32,000 bases of DNA from Delftia acidovorans NBRC 14950. GTDB lineage: Bacteria > Pseudomonadota > Gammaproteobacteria > Burkholderiales > Burkholderiaceae_C. Shown one piece after another: positions 1 through 9,332 of this stretch. Both the position numbers and the translations under genes were made by a program. The stretch is taken from NCBI RefSeq assembly GCF_001598795.1, contig NZ_BCZP01000031.1, positions 20,982 through 52,981 on the forward strand. The letters are read 5' to 3'. Each line of letters begins with the position of its first letter. The first letter of the stretch is position 1. The notes under the pieces are model-generated. The model worked only from the letters and a program-made list of their open reading frames with translations. It was not told where the DNA came from and did no database searches.

Positions 1-234
1 TTCGGCGGCCAGAGCTTCATCGACAGCACGCTGCGCAAGATCGAGGCCGCGCGCAAGCGCATCGAGGCCAGCGGCCGCGACATCCGCCTGGAAGTGGACG
101 GCGGCATCAAGGAAACCAACATCCGCCGCGTGGCCGATGCCGGTGCCGACACCTTCGTGGCGGGCAGCGCCATCTTCGGCAAGCCTGACTACAAGGCCGT
201 GATCGACGCCATGCGCGGCGCCCTGGCCGCCTGA
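1..234 (+). CDS. rpe: ribulose-phosphate 3-epimerase, C-terminal 77 codons (5' end outside window)
   Basis: Frame-1 translation [77 protein letters not shown] has the conserved Rpe C-terminus (VDGGI, GSAIFG). TGA at 232-234. Confidence 0.9.
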   Translation, partial: FGGQSFIDSTLRKIEAARKRIEASGRDIRLEVDGGIKETNIRRVADAGADTFVAGSAIFGKPDYKAVIDAMRGALAA

Positions 235-253
235 GCTTCGGCCTGCCTCCAGC

Positions 254-285
254 AAAAAAGGGCCCGCGAATTGCGGGCCCTTTTC
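254..285. terminator. bidirectional rho-independent terminator between convergent rpe and the small secreted protein gene
   Basis: aaaaaaGGGCCCGCgaattGCGGGCCCttttc: perfect 8-bp GC stem (260-267 / 273-280) with an A-run upstream and a T-run downstream. Confidence 0.75.
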
Positions 286-301
286 GTTGCCAACGGCGCT
301 T

Positions 302-628
302 TCAGCCGCCCAGCTCATGCTCTCCGGGCATGACGAAGATGCTCTTGCCCTGCGTGTCGAAACCGGGCGGCGCAAAGCGCGCTACCGGGACATGGTTGTG
401 CTGGATGGAGCTGACCTTCCACGCGAATGTGCGGCCCTGGCTGGTGAAATTCACGGTTTCGCCGCAGGCGATATTGATGGGCGCTTTCTGCGATAGATCG
501 ACAGTACGGTAGACGCCCGCAGGCGCGGGCGATCCGTAATAGGATTTGCCGTTTGCAAAGCGTTCCGCATGGGCCGGCAATGCAGCCATGACGATTGCTG
601 CGGTGCCCAATATGAATATGGATTTCAT
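302..628 (-). CDS. small secreted protein (108 aa) with signal peptide; possibly a CzcE-like periplasmic metal-binding protein
   Basis: N-terminus MKSIFILGTAAIVMAALPAHA-ERF is a typical Sec signal with an AHA cleavage motif. GGAGG lies 9 nt upstream of the ATG at 628. The CzcE-like assignment rests only on remembered pattern similarity (size, beta-rich, GETVNF..F.W motif) and is weak. Confidence 0.6.
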   Translation of the reverse strand: MKSIFILGTAAIVMAALPAHAERFANGKSYYGSPAPAGVYRTVDLSQKAPINIACGETVNFTSQGRTFAWKVSSIQHNHVPVARFAPPGFDTQGKSIFVMPGEHELGG

Positions 629-787
629 TGAATATGCCTCCGAAATAGGGCGGATACATGGGCGGATTCATGAAATCCGCCATGAACTGTATTCAGTCCA
701 TGGCGGAGACTGTAGAGTCATCGGCTTCTATATATCAGGGCAGCCGGATGACATTTCAGCCATATTGCCGCAAATGCGTGGAAATTT

Positions 788-1834
788 TCAGAAACTGTGG
801 CGCATGCCGAGTTCAGCGCCTGTGGAGCTGCCGCCCGCAGCCAGTCCGGTGGTGCCGCCATTGAGGCTGAAATTGGCCCCGCCCTTGTTGGTCACGCGTG
901 CAAGGGTTCCATACAGCGCCGTGCGCCGCGACAGGTTGTGCACATAGCCGATCGCATACCTGTTGGCATCGCTGCCATTGAAGGCCACCGGGCCACGGCG
1001 CGAATCGGTGCGCACATAGGAGGCGCGGATGTAGTTCGCCCCCACGGGCACGGTAAGGCCGACCTGCCAGCGGTCCTCGGAGCCCGCGATGCGGGTTCCA
1101 TAGGTGCCATAGGGCAGGTCCTCGCGCTGGAAATACCCCATCAGCTTGGCAAAGCCGAAATCGTAGGAGGCGCCTGCGCCGTATTGCTTGAGCTTGGTGC
1201 CCGCAGCATTCACATCGGTCGAGCCATAGGTGAGCGCCAGGTTCAGAGGACCGTTGTCGTAGGTCAGGCGGCTGCCGAAATGGCGGCCGGCGCTGCTCAC
1301 GGGGTCTTCGTCCAGGGCATACATCACTTCTGCCTGGAAACCGCTCCATTTGGGAGTGAAGTACTGGATGGCGTTGTCGCTGCGGTAGTAGTTCGAGAAG
1401 GTGCCAGGCAGGCGGCTGATGATGTTGGAGTTTGCCAGGCCGATCACGTTGAACGGGTCGAACTTGGTGGGATTTTGCGCGGCCGGCGTGAAATCGCGGC
1501 CCAGGCGCAGCTCGCCGAAGCCGCCCGCCAAGCTCACCGTGGAGCGGCGCTGGAAGAACTTGCCATTGGCGTTTGTCGTGCCGGTGTCGGCATAGAGGTC
1601 TGACTCCAGCCAGAACTCGGCCCTCAATCCGCCGCCCAGATCCTCGGTGCCGCGAAAGCCAAACCGGCCCGATGACAGCCCGCTGTTGTTCATGGTCATG
1701 TTGCTGGGCAGATCGCTGTTCTTCACGTAGCGCCCATTGACGTCAACGATGCCGAACAGGGTGATGGATGACTGCGCGCTGGCCGCCAGCGAAATGACGG
1801 GCAGTGCGGCCGCCAATATACGATTGAATTTCAT
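788..1834 (-). CDS. outer-membrane general porin (Gram-negative porin / OmpC-like family)
   Basis: Signal peptide MKFNRILAAALPVISLAASAQS, then SITLFGIVDVNGRYV, alternating beta-strand pattern, and a C-terminal ...AELGMRHSF ending in Phe. AAGGA RBS lies 7 nt upstream of the ATG at 1834. Confidence 0.85.
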   Translation of the reverse strand: MKFNRILAAALPVISLAASAQSSITLFGIVDVNGRYVKNSDLPSNMTMNNSGLSSGRFGFRGTEDLGGGLRAEFWLESDLYADTGTTNANGKFFQRRSTVSLAGGFGELRLGRDFTPAAQNPTKFDPFNVIGLANSNIISRLPGTFSNYYRSDNAIQYFTPKWSGFQAEVMYALDEDPVSSAGRHFGSRLTYDNGPLNLALTYGSTDVNAAGTKLKQYGAGASYDFGFAKLMGYFQREDLPYGTYGTRIAGSEDRWQVGLTVPVGANYIRASYVRTDSRRGPVAFNGSDANRYAIGYVHNLSRRTALYGTLARVTNKGGANFSLNGGTTGLAAGGSSTGAELGMRHSF

Positions 1835-2199
1835 GCCTGGTCCTTGTATTGAATGTGGATTCCATGCGCATCCATTTCAAAACGGATGCTGTTGTAAATA
1901 CTAGAATTCACAGGACGGCGCCAGGAGGCTTGAAAAGGAATCGACGGGGGGTGGCAAGCCAATCACAGGTTTTTAGGGCTCAACATGTTCCGTCCGGCCA
2001 ACACCAATGGATTGCAATTCCATTCATGGCAGTTATCTTTCTTCAATATGTCTTGAATGTCACTTTTCTGTTGGGTAGATGGATTCTGGAGATTGATAGC
2101 ATCCCGTGGGTTGAATCCGGTAAAGAAGAAAAAATCAATTCGTATCGGGTTGTTGATACGGCTGTGAGCGGGTATCGCAAGATAGGAGGGGACAGAAAA

Positions 2200-3735
2200 A
2201 TGCGGCGCGAGGATGTCAAGCTGAGGATGCTGGCCAGGCGAGGGGACACGGGTGCCAGGCTTCAGCTCGGGGAGGCGTATCTGACCGGGGGCCCCGGCGT
2301 TTCCAGGAGCATCCCGGTGGGGTTGGAGTATCTGCAGGCCGCACTGCCTCAGGCCAGGCGCCAGGCCTCGGTCTGCATAGCCTTGCATCTGCCGCTCAGG
2401 GAGTTGCTGGAGCACGGGCTGCTGGAGACCCTGAGGATCGCGGCGGAGTATGAGGATGTCGGGCGCCAGAAGCTTGCCGCATGGCATCTCATCCGGGGGG
2501 AGCTCGATCTGGCGCTGGAGTGCCTTGGCAAGTGCAGCGCCGCCCTGCCAAGCCATCTGGCAAGCAGCGTGTCTGTGCACACATCCGGCGAGCTGCTGCA
2601 GGCGTTGCAGATCCTGCGCGCCATACAGCCGCTGGACATTGCCGAAGTCATGGCCTGCGAGGCCCGGCAGGCCATGGCCAAGGGCCAGTCGCACCGCGCC
2701 GTGCGGATGCTGGAGCTCCTGCGCGACCTGCCTCATGCCGCTCATGGCCCGGTCATGCAGCAGCTGATTGCCGACCTGGTCCACCAGGCGGAGGTGGCGG
2801 GCCATGACCTGGGACGGCTGACCGTGGGCTGTATCGAAGCCAGCCTGGACCGATGCGCCGCCAATGGCGACGTGCGCGCTTGCCACGTGCTTGGACGGGC
2901 GCTTTCGGGGCTGCCCTGTGCACACCTGGCTCCCGAAAACCTCGTGAATGCGCAGAACCTGCGCAAGGCCGCAGCCCTGCTGCTGCGCGCTGCCGATGGC
3001 GGCATCGTCACCGCCTGGCTGCACCTGTTCCGCATCTGCTCCGACTACCGCAGCTCGGTGGCCAATCCCACCCTGGCACGCTTTTGCCTGGAGAAGGCGG
3101 CACGTCACGGACTGCCCGAGGCCGAGCGCCGCCTGGGTGCACTGGTGCTGCGTGATGCCACGCACATCGAACCCATGGAACAGGGCGTGGCCCTGCTCCA
3201 TGCTGCAGCGGCCAAGGGAGACGTGCTGGCCGGGCTGCTGCTGCGTTCCTTGCTGCTGCCCGTGGGCGGTGACAACGAGGAGGAGGCCCTCGCGGCCATC
3301 GAGGCCGTACAGCCAGATGCCCCGCTGCTGGCCATGCGCCTGCGCCTGGCGCGCGTGTTCGGGCTCACCAAGCTGGAGGCGCTGTCGGTCAATCCCTCGA
3401 CCGCCATGCGTCCCTGGGGGCTGGTGGTGGGCCACAACCCCCTGGTGGCGAAGGCCCGGCTGTGCGAGCCCCGTGCCGTGCCCGCGACCACGCCCGATGC
3501 CCAGCGCTGCCTGGAGCAGGCCGCGTCCATGTTCTCGGCGCAGCACGGGGAATCCCTGGCGCCGGAAGGCTCGCTGAGGGCCCGATCCCTGCAGATGCGG
3601 CGGCTGTTTCACCGCCTGCAGATCAGTGAAACGGTCTTTTTCGCCTCCGCCTCCTCCCGGCAGCGCGAGGCCATTCGCGTTGGCACGAAATGGGCCAGGC
3701 GGCAGCAGCAGATCCTCCGGCAGGTGCTGGCCTGA
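2200..3735 (+). CDS. Sel1-like/TPR repeat protein, 511 aa, no signal peptide seen
   Basis: The ORF track starts at 1849, but the AGGAGGG RBS at 2184-2190 precedes the ATG at 2200 (MRREDVKLRMLARRGDTGARLQLGEAYLTGG...). Degenerate Sel1-type repeats: GDTGARLQLGEAYLTGG, AANGDVRACHVLGRAL, AARHGLPEAERRLGALVL, AAAKGDVLAGLLL. Confidence 0.65.
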   Translation: MRREDVKLRMLARRGDTGARLQLGEAYLTGGPGVSRSIPVGLEYLQAALPQARRQASVCIALHLPLRELLEHGLLETLRIAAEYEDVGRQKLAAWHLIRGELDLALECLGKCSAALPSHLASSVSVHTSGELLQALQILRAIQPLDIAEVMACEARQAMAKGQSHRAVRMLELLRDLPHAAHGPVMQQLIADLVHQAEVAGHDLGRLTVGCIEASLDRCAANGDVRACHVLGRALSGLPCAHLAPENLVNAQNLRKAAALLLRAADGGIVTAWLHLFRICSDYRSSVANPTLARFCLEKAARHGLPEAERRLGALVLRDATHIEPMEQGVALLHAAAAKGDVLAGLLLRSLLLPVGGDNEEEALAAIEAVQPDAPLLAMRLRLARVFGLTKLEALSVNPSTAMRPWGLVVGHNPLVAKARLCEPRAVPATTPDAQRCLEQAASMFSAQHGESLAPEGSLRARSLQMRRLFHRLQISETVFFASASSRQREAIRVGTKWARRQQQILRQVLA

Positions 3736-3768
3736 GCCTCGCCTGTGCCCGCGTGCGAAGGAAATGAC

Positions 3769-4455
3769 ATGAAGATCCTGATCGTGGATGCCCACCCGCC
3801 GTCGGCGCAGTACCTGTGCCAGGGCCTGTGCCAGGACGGATTCAACGTCGATGTCGTGCATGACGGTCTGCAGGGCCGCAACCTGGCACTGAGCCGCGCC
3901 TACAGCCTGCTCGTGCTGGATCTGGACCTGCCTGGCCAGAGCGGGCGTGCGGTCCTGCAGGACCTGCTCCAGGCGGGCGGCACGCCCACCATCGTGGTCA
4001 CCGCAAACGACAGTCTGGAGGACCAGGTGTTCTGCCTGCAGAACGGCGCCGATGACTACCTGGTCAAACCCGTCAGGTTGCCGGTGTTCCTGGCCCGTGC
4101 ACGGCTGCGGATGCGAGGCTCTGCCGGCCAGGAGGGCCTGCGCCTGACATTGGCGGATCTGGTGCTGGACCTGTCGAAAAAGCGGGTCGAGCGTGCCGGC
4201 CGGCGACTGGACCTCACTCGCCAGGAATTCGCCGTGCTGTGGCTGCTGCTGCAGCGCCAGGGCGATGTGGTCACGCGCGCCGAACTGGTGCAGCAGGTCT
4301 GGAGCCTGCCCGTCGATGCGCTGAACAACGTGGTGGATGTGGCGGTGTGCAGGCTGCGCAGCAAGCTCGATGATCCCTATGCGGTCAAGCTGCTGCACAC
4401 GGTGCGCGGCATGGGCTACTTGCTGGCGTTGCGCGACGGGGATCTGGCCAAGTAG
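3769..4455 (+). CDS. OmpR/CusR-type winged-helix response regulator; orphan (no adjacent kinase), atypical acidic pocket
   Basis: MKILIVDAHPP..., phospho-acceptor context LLVLDLDLPG, TAND, LVKP. The C-terminal wHTH (LTRQEFAVLWLLLQRQGDVVTRAEL...NVVDVAVCRLRSKLD...VRGMGY) resembles heavy-metal-type regulators. AAGGA RBS lies 6 nt upstream. Confidence 0.85.
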   Translation: MKILIVDAHPPSAQYLCQGLCQDGFNVDVVHDGLQGRNLALSRAYSLLVLDLDLPGQSGRAVLQDLLQAGGTPTIVVTANDSLEDQVFCLQNGADDYLVKPVRLPVFLARARLRMRGSAGQEGLRLTLADLVLDLSKKRVERAGRRLDLTRQEFAVLWLLLQRQGDVVTRAELVQQVWSLPVDALNNVVDVAVCRLRSKLDDPYAVKLLHTVRGMGYLLALRDGDLAK

Positions 4456-4513
4456 CCCTGATCTGCACTGCCCTGCTCTGCCCTGGTGCGCCCGCCGCCA
4501 CAACGCCGGGCAT

Positions 4514-5521
4514 TCAGCCCAGCCACTGCCGGATGCGCCCCGCCAGCGCGTGGGCGCTGATGCCGTAGCGCTCATGCAGCGTGGGAAGGGCGCCCGCATC
4601 AAGGAAGGCGTCCGGCAGGCCCGCCAGCCGAAAGCGCGCGGGTCGCACATCACGCTCCAGCAGGGCGCCGGCCACGGCCTCGCCCAGGCCGCCCACCACC
4701 GAATGGTTCTCCGCCACCACCACCAGGCGCGGCCCGCTGGCCACGGCCTGCACGACGGCCTGCACATCCAGCGGCTTGATGGTGGCGCAGTGCAGCACGG
4801 CCGCGCCCACGTTGTCCGTGGCCAGCAGCTGGGCGGCCTCCAGCGCGCGCATGGTCATGAAGCCGCTGGAGATGATGAGCACCTCGCGGCCCTCGCGCAG
4901 CATCTTCGCCTTGCCCAGCTCGAAACGGTAGTCGTACTCGTCCAGCACCAGCGGCACGTTGCCGCGCAGCAGCCGCATGTAGACGGGGCCGCGGTGCGCC
5001 GCGATCTGGGGCACGGCCTGGGTGATGTCCAGCGCATCGCAGGGATCGACGATGGTCAGCCCCGGCACGGCCCGCATCATGGCCAGATCGTCCGTGGCCT
5101 GGTGGCTGGGGCCGTAGCCCGTGGTCAGGCCGGGCAGGGCGCAGCAGATCTTGACGTCCAGGTTTTCCTCGGCAATCACCTGGTGGATGAAGTCATAGGC
5201 CCGCCGCGTGCCGAACACCGCATAGGTGGTGGCAAAGGGCGTCAGCCCCTCCTTGGCCATGCCGCCGGCGGCGGCCATCAGCAGCTGCTCGGCCATGCCC
5301 ATCTGGAAGAAGCGTTCGGGGTGGGCCTGGGCGAACAGGTGCAGGTCGGTGTACTTGGCCAGGTCGGCCGTCATGCCCACCACATCGGGCCGGCTGGCGG
5401 CCAGCTCCACCAGGGCCTTGCCGAAGGGCGCGGCCTGTACGCGCTGGCCCTCGGCGGCGATGGAGGCAATCATGGCCGAGGTGGTCGGCCGGGGCTTGGG
5501 GGTGGCAAGAGGCATGTTCAT
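4514..5521 (-). CDS. transketolase, C-terminal (pyrimidine-binding/C-terminal domain) subunit
   Basis: Starts MNMPLATPKPRPTTSAMIASIAAEGQRVQAAPFGKALVELA..., with FQMGMAEQ and TYAVFGTRRAYD motifs. Its ATG (5521) overlaps the upstream stop as ATGA, so the longer track ORF (to 5773) was trimmed. Confidence 0.85.
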   Translation of the reverse strand: MNMPLATPKPRPTTSAMIASIAAEGQRVQAAPFGKALVELAASRPDVVGMTADLAKYTDLHLFAQAHPERFFQMGMAEQLLMAAAGGMAKEGLTPFATTYAVFGTRRAYDFIHQVIAEENLDVKICCALPGLTTGYGPSHQATDDLAMMRAVPGLTIVDPCDALDITQAVPQIAAHRGPVYMRLLRGNVPLVLDEYDYRFELGKAKMLREGREVLIISSGFMTMRALEAAQLLATDNVGAAVLHCATIKPLDVQAVVQAVASGPRLVVVAENHSVVGGLGEAVAGALLERDVRPARFRLAGLPDAFLDAGALPTLHERYGISAHALAGRIRQWLG

Positions 5522-6378
5522 GGCAGGGCGGGCTCCAGGGGTTGCGATGCGTCCAGGATGGATAGGGCCTGCTGCCACTCGGGCGGATCGACGCGGATGA
5601 AATGGTTCTTCTCGCGCTGCTCCAGGAAGGGCACGCCCTTGCCCATCAGCGTGTCGCAGAGGATGACGCGGGGCTGGTCCTCGGCCAGCGCCCGTGCCGC
5701 GTCGAAGGCCTGGACGACCTGGGCCAGGTCGTTGCCGTCCACGCGCTGCACATGCCAGCCGAAGGCGGCCCATTTGTCGGCCAGCGGCTCGAAGCCCAGC
5801 ATGCGCATGGACGGGCCATCGGCCTGCTGGTTGTTCACGTCCACCAGGCAGATCAGCCGGCCCAGGCCGTGGTGGGCGGCGGACAGCGCGGCCTCCCAGG
5901 TCGAGCCCTCGTCCAGCTCGCCGTCGGACATGGAGTTGTAGACAAAGGCATCGCTGCCCTTGTGGCGCAGCGCCAGCGCCATGCCCACGGCGATCGGCAG
6001 GCCCTGGCCCAGCGAGCCGCCCGAGATTTCCATGCCCGGTGTATAGCTGGCCATGCCCGACATGGGCAGGCGGCTGTCATCGCTGCCATAGGTCTGGAGT
6101 TCCTCGTCGGACAGGATGCCCGCCTCGGCCAGGGCCGCGTAGAAGGCGATGGCGTAGTGGCCGTGCGAGAGCAGGAAGCGGTCGCGGCCCTCCCACCCGG
6201 GCTCATCGGGCCGCAGCCGCAGCGCGTCGCCATAGGCCACGGCCAGCACATCGGCCCAGCCCAGGGCCTGGCCTATGTAGCCCTGGCCCTGCACCTCGCC
6301 CATTTGCAGGGCGCGGCGGCGTATGCGCCAGGCACAGGCCGCGAGCCGGTCCAGGCGCTGTTGCAGTTCTTGGTTCAT
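5518..6378 (-). CDS. transketolase, N-terminal thiamine-diphosphate-binding subunit
   Basis: GHYAIAFYAALAEAG, SGGSLGQGLPIAVGMA and SDGELDEGSTWEA (TPP-binding motif). GAGGAGA RBS precedes the ATG at 6378. Confidence 0.85.
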   Translation of the reverse strand: MNQELQQRLDRLAACAWRIRRRALQMGEVQGQGYIGQALGWADVLAVAYGDALRLRPDEPGWEGRDRFLLSHGHYAIAFYAALAEAGILSDEELQTYGSDDSRLPMSGMASYTPGMEISGGSLGQGLPIAVGMALALRHKGSDAFVYNSMSDGELDEGSTWEAALSAAHHGLGRLICLVDVNNQQADGPSMRMLGFEPLADKWAAFGWHVQRVDGNDLAQVVQAFDAARALAEDQPRVILCDTLMGKGVPFLEQREKNHFIRVDPPEWQQALSILDASQPLEPALP

Positions 6379-6411
6379 GCATCGTCTCCTCGGGATGGAA
6401 GGGCGCGCGGC

Positions 6412-7671
6412 TCAGCGCAGGATGCTGGCCGGCACATAGGACACCAGCGCCAGCACCGCCAGCGCCACCAGGTAGAAGGGAATCAGCTCGCGCACGGTAT
6501 GGCCCACCTTGACCCGGGCCAGCGAGCTCGTGATGAACAGCGTCGTGCCCACGGGCGGCGTGTACAGCCCCAGGGCCAGGTTCACGACCATCATGATTCC
6601 CAGCTGGGTCATGTCCATGCCGATGCTCTGGGCCAGTGGCACGAACACCGGCGTGAGCAGCAGCACGGCGGCCGGCAGGTCGATGAACATGCCGATGAAG
6701 AGCATCAGCAGGTTCATCAGCACGATCACCAGCCAGGCCGAATGCACATGCGACTGCACCCACTGCACGATGCCGTCGGGCATGCGGTCGAAGGTCAGCA
6801 GCCAGCCGATGGCCGACGAGGCCATGATCACCAGCAGCACCACGCCCGTGGCCAGGCCCGCATGCACCACCGCATCGTTGAGCCGGCGCCAGCCCAGGTC
6901 GCGGTAGATGGCGGCCGACACCAGGCCCGCATACAGCGTGGACAGCACGGCCACCTCGGTGGGCGTGGCGATGCCGAAGCGCAGGAACACGATGATCAGC
7001 ACCGGCAGCAGCAGGGCCGGGCTGGCGTACAGCAGGTGGCGCCGGAAGGCGGGCCAGGCAAAGGGCGTGGTGTCGCGCGGAAAGCCGCGCCTGCGGCCCA
7101 CCCACCAGCACACGCCCATGAAGCCCGCGCACATCAGCAGCCCCGGCAGGATGCCCGCCACGAACAGCGCCGCAATCGAGGCATTGGCGCTGAGCGCGAA
7201 CAGGATCATGGGGATCGACGGCGGGATCAGGATGTCGATGGTGGCCGCCGCCGCCAGCGTGGCCGCCGAGAACGCGGGCGGGTAGCCCAGCCGCCTGTGC
7301 CACGGGATCATCAGCGAGCCGATGGCCGAGGCATCGGCCACGGCCGAGCCCGACACCCCGCCGAACAGCGTGGACGACATCACCCCCACCTGGGCCGGCC
7401 CGCCGTGAAAGCGCCCTATCAGCGCCGACAGCACGCCCACCAGGGCCTCGCCCAGGCGCCCGCCCATCATCAGCGAGCCGGTGAGCATGAAGAACGGGAT
7501 GGCGATCAGCGGAAAGCTCTGCACCTGGGCCACCATCTGCTGCACCAGCAGGTCCAGCGGCACGCGGTCCGAGGTGGCGGCCGCCGCCATGGCGCCCATG
7601 AGCAGCGCGTGGGCAATGGGCATGGCGATCACGGCGCCCGCCATGAAGACGAAAAGCATGATGAAGGACAT
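6412..7671 (-). CDS. TRAP transporter large permease (DctM family)
   Basis: About 419 aa and polytopic, starting MSFIMLFVFMAGAVIAMPIAHALLMGAM...; typical DctM length and hydrophobic pattern. Start trimmed to the ATG at 7671, 13 nt after the DctQ-like stop. Confidence 0.9.
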   Translation of the reverse strand: MSFIMLFVFMAGAVIAMPIAHALLMGAMAAAATSDRVPLDLLVQQMVAQVQSFPLIAIPFFMLTGSLMMGGRLGEALVGVLSALIGRFHGGPAQVGVMSSTLFGGVSGSAVADASAIGSLMIPWHRRLGYPPAFSAATLAAAATIDILIPPSIPMILFALSANASIAALFVAGILPGLLMCAGFMGVCWWVGRRRGFPRDTTPFAWPAFRRHLLYASPALLLPVLIIVFLRFGIATPTEVAVLSTLYAGLVSAAIYRDLGWRRLNDAVVHAGLATGVVLLVIMASSAIGWLLTFDRMPDGIVQWVQSHVHSAWLVIVLMNLLMLFIGMFIDLPAAVLLLTPVFVPLAQSIGMDMTQLGIMMVVNLALGLYTPPVGTTLFITSSLARVKVGHTVRELIPFYLVALAVLALVSYVPASILR

Positions 7672-7684
7672 GGACCTGCCCCCT

Positions 7685-8239
7685 TCACCAGTGCACGGCG
7701 GCCACGGGCCGCGCGGGTTCGGCATCGGCACTTGGGGCATCGGCCGCATCTGCAGCCCCTGCGGATGCCCGGTCCCCGCCCGCCATGCAGGCGCGCCAGG
7801 CCGACTGCAGGGCCAGCAAGGCCAGCAGCGCCATGCCCACCATCACGCAGCCATAGGTCAGCGAGCCGGGAATGCCCAGGATCTGGCTGCGCTCGTCATG
7901 CACGATCTCCAGCATGTTCAGCGTGGACCAGGCCAGCGTGGCGTACAGGGCGGCCACGGCCAGCCAGCCCAGCACGGCCGTGGCGCGCTGCACGCGGGCC
8001 GGCAGGGCCTCGACCAGAAAGCTGGTGGTGATGTGGGCACCATGGGCGGCGGCCAGCACCACGCCCGACATCACCAGCCAGGGAAACAGCAGCTCGGGCA
8101 CCTCGTTGGCCCATTGCAGGCTGGCGCCGCTGGCATAGCGCAGGGCGGTGTTGCACACCAGGATCACGAAGATCACCAGGGTGCTGGCCCACAGCACGGC
8201 GCGGCACAGGCCCGTGACCAGGCGTTCGATGAGGTTCAT
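7685..8239 (-). CDS. TRAP transporter small permease (DctQ family)
   Basis: MNLIERLVTGLCRAVLWASTLVIFVILVCNTALRY..., four TM segments, position between the DctP and DctM genes. GGGAG RBS lies 7 nt upstream of the ATG at 8239. Confidence 0.8.
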   Translation of the reverse strand: MNLIERLVTGLCRAVLWASTLVIFVILVCNTALRYASGASLQWANEVPELLFPWLVMSGVVLAAAHGAHITTSFLVEALPARVQRATAVLGWLAVAALYATLAWSTLNMLEIVHDERSQILGIPGSLTYGCVMVGMALLALLALQSAWRACMAGGDRASAGAADAADAPSADAEPARPVAAVHW

Positions 8240-8256
8240 GGATGGCTCCCTGCACT

Positions 8257-9258
8257 TCACTGCGCGCCTGCGGCCTTGACGACCTTGGCGATATAGGGGC
8301 CCGCAGGGCTGGCCAGCCACTTGTCCTGCACCTTGGCCGTGGCCTGGGCGAAGGCCCGCGCGTCGATGGTGCTGACCTCCACGCCCTTGGCGCGGATGTC
8401 GTCCAGCAGCTTGTCGTCGGCCTCGCGCGCCAGCTGGCGCTGGTAGGCCGTGGCCTCCTGCGCGGCCTCGGTCAGCAGCGTGCGGTCGGCAGCCGGCAGC
8501 CGGTCCCAGCTGCGCTTGCCCATGATCAGTGGCGTCATCTGGAACATGTGGCCCGTCAGCGTCAGGTGCTTTTGCACCTCGTACAGCTTGCTGGCGTGGA
8601 AGTTGGCCAGCGGGTTCTCCTGGCCGTCGACCACGCCCTGCTGAAGGGCCACGTACAGCTCGGCGAACTTGATCTGCTGGGCCTCGGCGCCCAGGGCCTG
8701 GATGATGTCCACCAGCACCGCGTCGGGCGGCGTGCGCATCTTCAGGCCCTTGAGATCGTCCACGCTGCGCAGGGGCCGCTTGCTGTTGGTCATGTGGCGT
8801 ATGCCGTTGTCCCAGTAGCCCAGCACCACCATGCCCTTGGCGGCCGATTTGTCGGCGAGCTCCCGGCCCAGCGGCCCGTCCAGCACCTGGAAGGCTCGGG
8901 CCGGCGTGGCGAAGAGAAACGGCATGCCATAGGCCGCGTACTCGGGCACGGCCGCTGCCACCGCGCCCTGGGAATTGGCCGACAGGTCCAGCGCGCCCGT
9001 GCGCAGGGCCGTCACCATGGCCGCGTCGTCGCCCAGCTGGGCCGAGGGGGCGACCTGCACCTCGATACGGCCCGCGCTGCGCGCCTTCACCAGTTCAGCG
9101 AACTTCAGCGAGGCCAGGTGGCGCGGATTGTCGGGCGCCGCGCCGTGGCCCAGCGTGAGCTTCACGGCCTGGGCGCCGGCCAGTGCCGGCAGCAGCAGGG
9201 CGCAGGCTGCCAAGGCCCTTGCGGCCAGGGCAGCGCGTTGGAAATGCTTGTTCTGCAT
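8257..9258 (-). CDS. TRAP transporter periplasmic solute-binding protein (DctP family)
   Basis: Signal peptide MQNKHFQRAALAARALAACALLLPALAGAQA, then KLTLGHGAAPDNPRHLASLKFAELV... and WDNGIRHMTN, VDGQENPL motifs. AGGAGA RBS present. Confidence 0.9.
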   Translation of the reverse strand: MQNKHFQRAALAARALAACALLLPALAGAQAVKLTLGHGAAPDNPRHLASLKFAELVKARSAGRIEVQVAPSAQLGDDAAMVTALRTGALDLSANSQGAVAAAVPEYAAYGMPFLFATPARAFQVLDGPLGRELADKSAAKGMVVLGYWDNGIRHMTNSKRPLRSVDDLKGLKMRTPPDAVLVDIIQALGAEAQQIKFAELYVALQQGVVDGQENPLANFHASKLYEVQKHLTLTGHMFQMTPLIMGKRSWDRLPAADRTLLTEAAQEATAYQRQLAREADDKLLDDIRAKGVEVSTIDARAFAQATAKVQDKWLASPAGPYIAKVVKAAGAQ

Positions 9259-9332
9259 GGTCTTGTCTCCTTTGCTTTTTGGGGGGCCATGCGCGCCATG
9301 GCCAGGCCGGTGGGGTGCGGGTGAGGATGCAG

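Noticed and set aside
1849-2199. N-terminal extension of the Sel1-like ORF (track start 1849).
   Set aside because: The extension runs through the AT-rich intergenic region with atypical codon usage. A strong AGGAGGG RBS precedes the internal ATG at 2200.
1963-4767. 934-aa ORF on the minus strand spanning the Sel1-like and response-regulator genes.
   Set aside because: It lies antisense to two genes with clear domain signatures and RBSs. Its composition is dominated by R/A/G/P/Q/H with no recognisable domain. This is a typical shadow ORF of high-GC DNA.
5602-8031. 809-aa plus-strand ORF that is very rich in His, Arg, Gln, Gly and Asp.
   Set aside because: It lies antisense to the transketolase and DctM/DctQ genes, which have strong family signatures. 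The low-complexity HRQG composition is what the reverse frame of GC3-rich genes produces.
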